Of a stretch of DNA of 44,478 bases, positions 10,096 through 17,802 are shown piece after piece (position 1 is the first letter of the stretch; each line of letters opens with the position of its first letter). Source of the DNA: Bradyrhizobiaceae bacterium (GTDB taxonomy: Bacteria > Pseudomonadota > Alphaproteobacteria > Rhizobiales > Hyphomicrobiaceae); the NCBI GenBank assembly GCA_947475855.1, contig CANJPN010000001.1, positions 1-44,478 on the forward strand, written 5' to 3'. Below the pieces are notes generated by a model that made no database searches, was not told where the DNA came from, and saw only the letters and a list, made by a program, of their open reading frames with translations. The position numbers and the translations under genes were made by a program.

Positions 10096-11130
10096 TCACT
10101 TCTTCCCCGGCGGCATTCTGGTGTCCCAACCGCGCGGCGCGCTCTGTAGCGTGTTGATGTAGGCGACGAGCTTGTCCACCCCGGCCTCGCCCAGCGCGAA
10201 CTTCGGCATCTCGTCGTGAGGTGCGGCAATCCCGCGCGTCAGCGGTTCACGCAGCGCCAGGATCGGATGGCGCTGCTGCATCTGCCGGAATTCCGGCGCC
10301 TTCGGGTTGGGGCTTTGACCTGTTGTGCCGACGGCATGACACCGCGAGCAATGGGTCTCCGCAAGTTCCTTGCCCTCCCGCACCGTCTGCTCGCTCTGGC
10401 TGGCCAGTTCACCCCCAGCCTTGAGCCGCTTCAATCCCGCGGTTGCGCCCACGAGCGTCCGGTCGAGTTGCAGCGCGCGACTGAAATCCGCGACCGCCTC
10501 CGGCTTCGCACCCTTGGCCTCGTAGGCATAGCCCCGATTGAGGTAAGCGACGGCGTAGATCGGATTGAGCGAGATCGCGACGGTGAAATCCGAGATCGCC
10601 TGCTCGAGATTGTTCTTTTTGCGCCAGGCCAGCCCCTTGTTGTTGTAGGCGCTGGCACTGTTCGGATTGATCCGGATCGCATCGGAGAAATCGATGATCG
10701 CCGCATCCACGTTGCCTTTTATGAGGAAGGCATGGCCGCGCGCGACGATGAACGACACATTGTGTGGCTGCAGCCGCATAGCCGCGGAAAAATCGGCAAT
10801 GGCCTGATCTGTCGCTCCCTTCGCAAGCCGCGAATGGGCCCGCGTGTCGAAAGCGACCGCATCATTGGGATCGAGCCGTAGCGCCTCGTTGAGATCCAAG
10901 ATCGCCTGGTCGTGCGCGCCTGCCTCCGCTCGCGCCAGTCCACGATTGCGATAGGCAATTGCCTTCTGCTCGCCGCTGTAGCCATTGCCGGAGACGATCT
11001 CCGAGCATGCCACCATCCGTGCCGTGAGATTGCGCGATTGCCCGCAATCCGAAACCGCTTCGGCACGCGCCTCATCCGCTTGCACGATCGTGAAACCCAG
11101 AAGTCCAACCGCTATGATCAAATGCTTCAC
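10096..11130 (-). CDS. Secreted TPR-repeat protein fused to a C-terminal class-I c-type cytochrome domain
   Basis: The product has a signal peptide (MKHLIIAVGLLGFTIVQADEARA) and about 6 TPR units (repeated AxxDFxxAIxLxP and YxNRGxAY patterns). A single CxxCH heme motif (HCSRCH) is followed by a distal Met (HDEMP). Confidence 0.85.
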   Translation of the reverse strand: MKHLIIAVGLLGFTIVQADEARAEAVSDCGQSRNLTARMVACSEIVSGNGYSGEQKAIAYRNRGLARAEAGAHDQAILDLNEALRLDPNDAVAFDTRAHSRLAKGATDQAIADFSAAMRLQPHNVSFIVARGHAFLIKGNVDAAIIDFSDAIRINPNSASAYNNKGLAWRKKNNLEQAISDFTVAISLNPIYAVAYLNRGYAYEAKGAKPEAVADFSRALQLDRTLVGATAGLKRLKAGGELASQSEQTVREGKELAETHCSRCHAVGTTGQSPNPKAPEFRQMQQRHPILALREPLTRGIAAPHDEMPKFALGEAGVDKLVAYINTLQSAPRGWDTRMPPGKK

Positions 11131-11309
11131 GACTGTCCTCGTCGTTCAACCCCGCCTTGCCCGGATGCCGCCGGCGCATGCCTCTTTGCTATCCCCCTCG
11201 CGCGACCTCGCATTTGATCCGGCTCAACACGGCCCCGGAATTGCCGATGCTCTGGCCTTCCCTGCCCCCATTCGGCTACTAGGGTCCCAGCGCCAATCGC
11301 GAGGACGAG

Positions 11310-11756
11310 ATGACCAAGCCACAACGCCCTTGGGTCACACGCAATGCCGGCACGGACGCCAAGGCCGAGATCGAGCACGGCACGGCGTTCGCGCCGCTGT
11401 TCGACGGCGATGGGCTGATCCCCGCCATCGTCACCGATCGCACGACCCGCGAGATCCTCATGTTCGCCTGGATGAACGATGAAGCCCTCGAACGAACGCT
11501 ATCGACCGGCTACGCCACGTTCTGGACCCGCTCCCGCAAACGACTCTGGACGAAAGGGGAGGAGAGCGGGAACCGACTTGCCGTCAAATCGGTTCATACG
11601 GATTGCGATCAGGACGTGCTTCACCTCGAAGTCGAGATCGAGGGCGATGGAGTTGCATGCCATACCGGCGCGCGGTCCTGCTTTTATCGAGAGATCGACA
11701 TCTCAGCGCAGGCCCCCCGCCCGTATTCACTCAAATCATCATTACCTCATCGGTAG
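11310..11756 (+). CDS. hisI: Phosphoribosyl-AMP cyclohydrolase
   Basis: The product contains LIPAIVTD...EILMFAWMNDEAL, FWTRSRKRLWTKGEESGN and VHTDCDQDVLHLEVE...GVACHTGARSCFY. At 148 aa it is monofunctional HisI size. Confidence 0.9.
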   Translation: MTKPQRPWVTRNAGTDAKAEIEHGTAFAPLFDGDGLIPAIVTDRTTREILMFAWMNDEALERTLSTGYATFWTRSRKRLWTKGEESGNRLAVKSVHTDCDQDVLHLEVEIEGDGVACHTGARSCFYREIDISAQAPRPYSLKSSLPHR

Positions 11757-11831
11757 CAAACCCTTGATCACCGTATGATAGGCTTCAAACACGCGTTCAC
11801 GACGCCGAAGCGGGGTGTGGAGGCCTCATCG

Positions 11832-12818
11832 ATGGCCACAAACGATACAGGCAAGGGTAGAATAGGGCTCGCACTCGGCGGCGGCGCGGCGCGTGGCTGG
11901 GCCCACATCGGCATCATCAAGGCACTCGCCGAAGCCGGCATCGTGCCCGACATCATCACCGGCACCTCGATCGGCGCCGTCGTCGGCGGTTGCCATCTCG
12001 CAGGCCGCCTCGACGAGTTGGAAGGCTTCGCTAGAAGCCTTAATCGGCGCCGCGTCATGAGCCTGCTGGACTTCAACCTCGCCGGAACCGGCCTCATCAC
12101 CGGCGACAAGCTCGGCGCACTTCTTGAACGCCACATCGGCAACCGCACTATCGAGGACCTGCCTCAACCTTTCGCCGCCGTCGCGACCGAGCTGGGAACC
12201 GGCCACGAGGTCTGGCTCAGAAAGGGCGGCCTGGTCGCCGCCATGCGCGCATCCTATGCGCTTCCGGGCATCTTCCCGCCGGTGAGCATAAATCACCGCT
12301 GGCTATTCGACGGCGCCCTCGTCAATCCCATTCCCGTCAGCGTCTGCCGAGCACTGGGCGCCCGCTACGTCATTGCGGTCAACCTCAACGCCGACATGTG
12401 CGCACGCGGGACCGTGATGCCGGAGTTAGACGAGCCGTTGCCGCTCGCTGGTGCCGATCTCCCCGACATTGAAGCCTCCGCCTCCCAACCAGCAGGCAGC
12501 ATGCGTTCTCTGCTTCGCCGCCAATGGTTCGGCAACGAGAAAGACCCCAAGGACCACAAGCCCGGCATTTCAACCGTCCTCGTCAATGCATTGAGCATCG
12601 TGCAGGACCGCATTGCGCGCTCACGCCTGGCCGGAGATCCGCCCGACGCAATCCTCAGCCCGCGCCTGTCGGGCATCGGCCCGTTCGAATTCCACCGCGC
12701 CGACGAACTCATCGCTCACGGTCAAAGTGCCGTGCGTCGCGAGTTGGACGAGATCAAGCATCAGCTCGAACTCAGAGCGCGCCTGCCGGGACGAACGGCT
12801 CAACCCGCCACGATGTAA
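11832..12818 (+). CDS. Patatin-like phospholipase (RssA-like)
   Basis: The product has the GGGAARGWAHIG oxyanion motif, the GTSIG nucleophile elbow and DGALVNPIP (the catalytic Asp motif). The ATG at 11832 has GGAGG 8 nt upstream; the ORF track extends to 11775. Confidence 0.85.
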   Translation: MATNDTGKGRIGLALGGGAARGWAHIGIIKALAEAGIVPDIITGTSIGAVVGGCHLAGRLDELEGFARSLNRRRVMSLLDFNLAGTGLITGDKLGALLERHIGNRTIEDLPQPFAAVATELGTGHEVWLRKGGLVAAMRASYALPGIFPPVSINHRWLFDGALVNPIPVSVCRALGARYVIAVNLNADMCARGTVMPELDEPLPLAGADLPDIEASASQPAGSMRSLLRRQWFGNEKDPKDHKPGISTVLVNALSIVQDRIARSRLAGDPPDAILSPRLSGIGPFEFHRADELIAHGQSAVRRELDEIKHQLELRARLPGRTAQPATM

Positions 12819-13231
12819 CCGCGCAGCGCACTCGCCTCCATTTCGACCTCGGCGATATGGTGCTTCACCACGTCGCCGATCGACACGATACCGACGAGTT
12901 GCCGATCCTCGACGACCGGCAGATGGCGGAAGCGCCCCGCCGTCATACGCGCCATCAACTCGTCGAGCGTATCGGCCACATCGCAGGTGATGACCGATTT
13001 CGTCATCGTATCGATCGCCGGCTCCAGCAGGCTCTTGGCCCCGCGCTCGGAGATGGCGCGGATGATGTCCCGCTCCGAAACGATGCCATCGATCCGGCCG
13101 CCGCTACCGACGATGACGACGGCGCCGATGCGTTTCTCCGAAAGCTTCGCGGCGATCTCCTCGAGGGTAGTCGTGGGGCGCGCCGTAACGACATTTCGTC
13201 CCTTGGCACTCAGGATCGCGGCTACATTCAT
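12800..13231 (-). CDS. CBS-domain pair protein
   Basis: The product shows two CBS repeats (IGAVVIV..GRIDGIVSERDIIRAI and RFRHLPVVEDRQLVGIVSIGDVVK). The gene is convergent with patatin and overlaps its 3' end by 19 nt. Confidence 0.85.
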   Translation of the reverse strand: MNVAAILSAKGRNVVTARPTTTLEEIAAKLSEKRIGAVVIVGSGGRIDGIVSERDIIRAISERGAKSLLEPAIDTMTKSVITCDVADTLDELMARMTAGRFRHLPVVEDRQLVGIVSIGDVVKHHIAEVEMEASALRGYIVAG

Positions 13232-13483
13232 GCGCGTCACTCCCATCTACGACGAGGCGAACCGCGACAGTCACGGGCGAGGGCCATTCGGGCGTTATAA
13301 CCGCCCGCGCGCACTTGAACTCGAGGTCAACCTTGCCTTTGTTGAACCGGCCCTCGAATAGGACCCCGGAGGATCCTGACGAAGTATCACGTCGACGGGC
13401 TCGCGATGCAAGCCTCACGACGAGCCCTCGTGCGATCACCTACAGCATTTTGCCCTGACGGGCCGTCCCCGGCCCAAGATGCG

Positions 13484-14218
13484 TTACCAGGTCATGCCTG
13501 GGGTCACGGTCTCCTCGGCACATCCCCGGTCGAACAGGTCGAACAGCAACAGCCCGGCGAAGAAGCCGCCCAGATGCGCCTCCCATGCGATCGCCATCCC
13601 ATCTCCGAATGCACTCATGGCAACGCCGACAACGATGTTAACGCCGACCCATCCAGCGATCGCAACCAGCGGCGCGCGACGGGTAAACATCGAGACGACG
13701 CCGAGCCTCGGCGCCTCGAGCGGCCGCTCCCTAAGAAGATTGCGCGCGCCTGCGTCCTCTGCCGCATACATCAAGCGGAATACGGCCGCCATCAGGCCCG
13801 AAATCGCCCCGGATGCACCGACCAGCCAAGCGTTAACACCAGCGTGCATCGTCATGAACAGCATCGCCCCGCCCGCTGCACAGAGCCCGAAGAACGCCAA
13901 GAATGACAGCGTCGGCATCCGACGCGCGATCGGGGAGCCAACGGCCAACAGCCACGCCGAGTTGATGACGAGATGCGCCAGATCGCCATGCAGGAAAGCG
14001 TGGGTGAAGAAATCCGCCATCCCGGCCCAGGCCGCCCCCGGGAGATCGATCGGCGGCCCGCTGTAGCGGGCGGGATTGAAGGCCAGCAAATGAACGAGTT
14101 CGGTATCGCTACGCACATCCAGGACCTGCCTTCCGACATGCATGGCGCCGAACGCGGCGACGAGCGCCACAACGACGCCCGGCACATTGAAGATCGGCTC
14201 GCGTTGACCGTCTTGCAT
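13484..14218 (-). CDS. Rhomboid-family intramembrane serine protease
   Basis: The product is polytopic. It has HAFLHGDLAHLVIN (the rhomboid HxxxN region), the GASGAISG catalytic Ser motif and a downstream AHLGGFFAG His motif. I chose the start at MQDGQ. Confidence 0.85.
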   Translation of the reverse strand: MQDGQREPIFNVPGVVVALVAAFGAMHVGRQVLDVRSDTELVHLLAFNPARYSGPPIDLPGAAWAGMADFFTHAFLHGDLAHLVINSAWLLAVGSPIARRMPTLSFLAFFGLCAAGGAMLFMTMHAGVNAWLVGASGAISGLMAAVFRLMYAAEDAGARNLLRERPLEAPRLGVVSMFTRRAPLVAIAGWVGVNIVVGVAMSAFGDGMAIAWEAHLGGFFAGLLLFDLFDRGCAEETVTPGMTW

Positions 14219-14426
14219 TGGGAAAGCACCTCCGGAACGACCCCGCCCATTAACCCCGCCCCGCGACCAGAGCAAGGCGCACAGCCCATCTGGCGGCCAC
14301 GACCGGACACCCTGGCATGGAAGCTGCTCTCGTACCTCTCAGCCTGACCCGCAGGCTGAACGCTGTATCCGAATGGCACAGGAGCGGCACGCGCCCATAT
14401 GCCATCCGCCGATTTTGAGAGCCGAC

Positions 14427-15047
14427 ATGAAGAATCGCACAACTCAAGTCATCTACGGTTACTGGAACGAAGTCCGCCAGGGCCGTATGGCTCCGAAACG
14501 GTTCGACATCGAGCCCGCGCGCATCGCCGGCATCCTGGCCGAAACTCTGATCCTCGAGCACGCCCCGGACGGAATGCGCTTCAGGCTCGCGGGAACCCGG
14601 ATAGCCGAACAGTTCGGCGCCGAGCTGAGAGGCATGGATTTCCTCGACATGTGGTCGCCCGACGAGCGCCACGAGCTTCGCCAACAGCTCGATACTCTGC
14701 GCAAACAAGGCGGCGCCTTGGTCTTCGACATCGACGCTCGGACCGCCGGAGACCGCTCCGTCAGCTTCGAAGCGATCCTGCTTCCACTTGTTCATACCCG
14801 TGACGAAGTCGACCGCTATCTCGGTGCGATCTCCTGCGCGACCCCACCGTTCTGGCTGGGCACCGAACCCTTGACGTCCTTGCGTCTCGTCGCGAGTGAA
14901 ATCGTATGGCCAGACGGCCGTCCGCACGCCGTCGCCGAGCACTTTTCACACCCCCCGGCGCTGAACATCGAAGCCTCCAGCCGCATCGTTCGCTTCGACC
15001 GCCGACAGTTCCGCGTGCTCGAAGGCGGCCGCAAGCTCGGCTCCTGA
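14427..15047 (+). CDS. PAS-domain protein (PAS_5/DUF1457-like)
   Basis: The product begins MKNRTTQVIYGYWNEVRQGRMAPKRFDIEP...MRFRLAGTRIAEQFG...G.DFLDMW. This pattern is typical of the alphaproteobacterial single-PAS family that sits next to PilZ/BTLCP genes. Confidence 0.7.
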   Translation: MKNRTTQVIYGYWNEVRQGRMAPKRFDIEPARIAGILAETLILEHAPDGMRFRLAGTRIAEQFGAELRGMDFLDMWSPDERHELRQQLDTLRKQGGALVFDIDARTAGDRSVSFEAILLPLVHTRDEVDRYLGAISCATPPFWLGTEPLTSLRLVASEIVWPDGRPHAVAEHFSHPPALNIEASSRIVRFDRRQFRVLEGGRKLGS

Positions 15048-15219
15048 TCGCGCCTTTCGACATTCGAATGAATTCTCGCCGGGACCTGTCCTGAATCGTT
15101 TCAAAACCACGCAGTCGCTTAGGCTTTCATTAAGTGGTCGCCCGCATACTCCGAGGCATTGAGCACGGTCGGTTTGGCGACCGTTCCCCACTGCCACGCG
15201 ATTATACGGTCGGAAACAA

Positions 15220-15861
15220 ATGGATTCCGTTGCGAAGCGCCCACCTGAGCGCCCGACATTCGGCTTCGGTCCCAGTGCGGCCGCCGACCGCCGGCGCCAT
15301 CGCCGCGTTGCCATCACACTGCTTGGCCGCTTCATGCGCGCCAACAAGCAGGAATTCTCTTGCAAGCTCGTCGACATCTCCGTCGGCGGCGCTGCAATTC
15401 ATACGCCTGTCGAGGTCGATATCGGTGAACGCATTCTTGCGACCTTCGACAATCTAGGCGCTATCGAAGGACATGTTGTGCGTACCTTCGTAGGCGGCTT
15501 TGCCATCGAGCTCCAGGCCACGCAGTACAAGCGGGACAAGCTGGCAGCCCAGATCACCTGGCTGATGAACCGCCACGAGTTGGGCGATGCAGCCGAGGTC
15601 CGCCGTCACGAGCGCATCGCGATCGCCAATTCCAAGAAGGAAACGACGCTGAAGCTCGACGAGGGCGTGACCATCCCGGTCAACATCATCGACTTCTCCA
15701 TGTCCGGCGCCTCGATTGCGACGACAGCGCGTCCACCGCTCGGCCAGCACGTTCAGGTCGGCAAGATCAAAGCCCGCGTCGTCCGCCATCATAACGACGG
15801 CATTGGCGTCGAGTTCATGGCGGTCCAGGAACAGGAAGCCGTGCAGGCAGACCTCACGTGA
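15220..15861 (+). CDS. Tandem PilZ-domain protein (putative c-di-GMP receptor)
   Basis: Two PilZ-like units are visible. The first has RRRHRRV..(N)..DISVGGAAI and the second has EVRRHERI..(N)..DFSMSGASI, matching the RxxxR and D/NxSxxG signatures. Confidence 0.8.
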   Translation: MDSVAKRPPERPTFGFGPSAAADRRRHRRVAITLLGRFMRANKQEFSCKLVDISVGGAAIHTPVEVDIGERILATFDNLGAIEGHVVRTFVGGFAIELQATQYKRDKLAAQITWLMNRHELGDAAEVRRHERIAIANSKKETTLKLDEGVTIPVNIIDFSMSGASIATTARPPLGQHVQVGKIKARVVRHHNDGIGVEFMAVQEQEAVQADLT

Positions 15862-15925
15862 GTAATGGCTTCGAGACCGCAGTGGGTCTTGCGATCATCT
15901 TCGTTGGCCAAGTAGGGGTGGCGTA

Positions 15926-16567
15926 ATGAAGCGGTGTATCTTCGCAGCGGCAGCAATGGCTCAAGCCATGCTTGCCGGAAACCTGAAGGCCGAGCCGGAG
16001 CGCGCGGTCCGCACAGCCGAACCATCGCCGTTCATGCGGATCTACGGTACGTCGCCGCCGCCGTTCGGCTTCGTGCAGTTCTGCGAACGCTGGCCGGGCG
16101 AATGCACCCCCAGCGCCAATCAAGAGAACCGGTTCACAGCCACGCCACAACGCCTGAGCGAGCTCGACGAGGTCAACCGCCGCGTCAATACTCTGATCGC
16201 GCCGGCCACCGATCAGGAACTCTACGGCACCGCCGAGCATTGGACGCTGCCGACCGACCGCGGCGATTGCGAGGACTACGCGCTGCTGAAGCGCCAGCTC
16301 CTGTTGCAACGCGGTTGGCCCTCGAGTGTCTTGCTGATGACGGTCGTGCGCGATGAGCGCGGCGACGGCCACGCCGTTCTGACCGCTCGCACCACGCAAG
16401 GCGACCTGATCCTCGACAACAAGGTCGCGGACATCCGCATCTGGCACAAGACCGGCTATCGCTTCGTGATGCGCCAGTCCTTCGTCGAGCCGCGTTTGTG
16501 GATGTCGCTCGTGCCCGAAGGGAACGCCCGCGCCGGTGCCCTCGCGAGCGCGCCGCCTCGCCGCTGA
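15926..16567 (+). CDS. Bacterial transglutaminase-like cysteine peptidase (BTLCP, LapG family)
   Basis: The product has a signal peptide and then FCERWPGEC, WTLPTDRGDCEDYALLKRQLL (the catalytic Cys context) and DGHAVLTART..GDLILDN (His/Asp). Confidence 0.85.
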   Translation: MKRCIFAAAAMAQAMLAGNLKAEPERAVRTAEPSPFMRIYGTSPPPFGFVQFCERWPGECTPSANQENRFTATPQRLSELDEVNRRVNTLIAPATDQELYGTAEHWTLPTDRGDCEDYALLKRQLLLQRGWPSSVLLMTVVRDERGDGHAVLTARTTQGDLILDNKVADIRIWHKTGYRFVMRQSFVEPRLWMSLVPEGNARAGALASAPPRR

Positions 16568-16610
16568 AGCCGGACTGCGCCACCTGCCTCCCGCAAGACG
16601 GAAAGCGCGT

Positions 16611-17141
16611 TCAGCGCGCCGCCTCGAGTCCCGCCGCGTAGCGTTTCCAGCGCTGCTGGTAGCCCTGTGCGGTGCGCTGCATCCGCGCGACGTCTTCTTC
16701 TCCAAGGGTCCGCACCACACGGCCCGGAGATCCCAGGATCAACGAGCGCGGCGGATAGGTCTTTCCTTCCGGCACCAGCGTTCCCGCCCCCACCAGGCAC
16801 TCCTCGCCGATCACCGCCCCGTTCAACACGATCGCGCCGATGCCGATCAGGCTTCCCCGCCCGACCGTGCAGCCGTGCACCATCGCCATATGACCGATCG
16901 TCGAGTTGGCTTCGAGCGTGAGCGGGAATCCCGGATCGGCATGCAGCACCGAGCCGTCCTGGACATTGCAGCCGACCCCAATCCTGATCTTGTCGAGATC
17001 CCCGCGGAGCACCGCGTTGAACCAGATGCTGGCGTCCTCTCCGATCTCGACATCGCCGATCACGACGGCGTTGGGCGCCACCCAGAAACTGCCTGCCGGC
17101 GCGGTCTGCGGCATCACGCCGTCGAGCTTGTACAGCGTCAT
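16611..17141 (-). CDS. Gamma-class carbonic anhydrase family / hexapeptide-repeat protein
   Basis: The product contains WVAPNAVVIGDVEIGEDASIWFNAVLRGD...IGVGCNVQDGSVLH...IGHMAMVHG, a left-handed beta-helix pattern. An alternative TTG start at 17159 would overlap the DUF3126 stop by 4 nt. Confidence 0.85.
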   Translation of the reverse strand: MTLYKLDGVMPQTAPAGSFWVAPNAVVIGDVEIGEDASIWFNAVLRGDLDKIRIGVGCNVQDGSVLHADPGFPLTLEANSTIGHMAMVHGCTVGRGSLIGIGAIVLNGAVIGEECLVGAGTLVPEGKTYPPRSLILGSPGRVVRTLGEEDVARMQRTAQGYQQRWKRYAAGLEAAR

Positions 17142-17155
17142 GCGCGGGCTCCCGG

Positions 17156-17374
17156 TCAAACCTCGTCGAGATCGATGTCCAGGATCGCCATCTGCAATTG
17201 ATAGCAGACCTCGCCATCTTCATCGTCGAGCGTCAGCGTTCCAATCATGTCGTCGCCGATGAAAACTTCACCCATGTCGGTCTTCTTCGGCGGCATCACC
17301 ACCTTCAGGCCGGGATTGTTGAATCGCTTGCGCAAATAGGTCTGCAACTTCGGCAGGTCTTGCTTCATCGCCAT
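17156..17374 (-). CDS. DUF3126-family small protein
   Basis: The 72-aa product (MAMKQDLPKLQTYLRKRFNNPGLKV...GEVFIGDDMIGTLTLDDEDGEVCY) matches my memory of the conserved alphaproteobacterial DUF3126 family. GAAGGA lies upstream of the ATG. Confidence 0.8.
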   Translation of the reverse strand: MAMKQDLPKLQTYLRKRFNNPGLKVVMPPKKTDMGEVFIGDDMIGTLTLDDEDGEVCYQLQMAILDIDLDEV

Positions 17375-17711
17375 AGGATAGTCCTTCGATCCTAGATCAA
17401 CTCGTTTCCTCGCAGCCAGCTAACAGGCCCGCGCGCCGCGGGCAAGCAGCTTGGACGAGGCTCGACCATGCGTTCGGTGCCCAGCGAGAATGCCACATTT
17501 ACACACGCCCAAACCGCCTTTTCCGGGCTGAAGATGCAGTACCCCCGATAAACCGATAGCCCCCAGGGCGTGACGAACCGAAATTCGGAGACTTGCAACC
17601 GGAAAGTCGACACCGGAAATGCAGCGGGGGCGTCCGTATTGGGCCTCAAAAGCAGTCGAAACGGCCAAATGGGATTGAGCATTCGCAGCTTGAACAACAA
17701 CTCTACACGGT

Positions 17712-17763
17712 TCGATTCCGTAGCCACCAGGGTGCTACGCACCCTGGACCCACAGCTAAAACT
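17712..17763 (-). repeat. Copy A of a perfectly conserved 52-nt non-coding element (U-tract plus 9-bp hairpin), 39 nt downstream of TIR-STAND-FGS gene 1
   Basis: The sequence tcgattccgtagccaccagggtgctacgcaccctggacccacagctaaaact is identical to 21337-21388. It contains the perfect hairpin ccagggtgc-tac-gcaccctgg (17727-17747). The 39 nt between the element and the stop codon are only about 70% identical between the two copies (hand alignment). Confidence 0.85.
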
Positions 17764-17802
17764 CGCGTGCAAGCGCGCAGCGTCTTCGAGAACGTAAGGG
17801 TG

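Noticed and set aside
11832-12818. The patatin phospholipase as a possible CBASS or defence effector.
   Set aside because: There is no adjacent cyclase, sensor or other defence gene. It sits among housekeeping genes (hisI, CBS, rhomboid) and looks like the common RssA-type patatin.
17701-17729. A tRNA or tmRNA 3'-end look-alike (ACGGTTCGATTCCGT T-arm-like sequence followed by GCCACCA). This suggested a tRNA/ssrA integration site, with the 52-nt repeat as att scars.
   Set aside because: No complementary 5' acceptor strand or tRNA body can be folded from the 100-350 nt upstream. Only 9 nt separate the T-loop from CCA, whereas a canonical tRNA needs 13. The T-stem has only 4 pairs, and no G3:U70 or tag ORF for a tmRNA is present. 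Copy B lacks the GGT of the T-loop, so the conserved unit starts inside the supposed T-loop. No integrase is present.
17392-17772. A 126-aa minus-strand ORF filling the non-coding spacer downstream of TIR gene 1.
   Set aside because: Its composition is odd (rich in R, F, S, L and C), it has no RBS or recognisable motif, and it runs through the conserved 52-nt hairpin element. I treated it as non-coding, but this region deserves transcript mapping.
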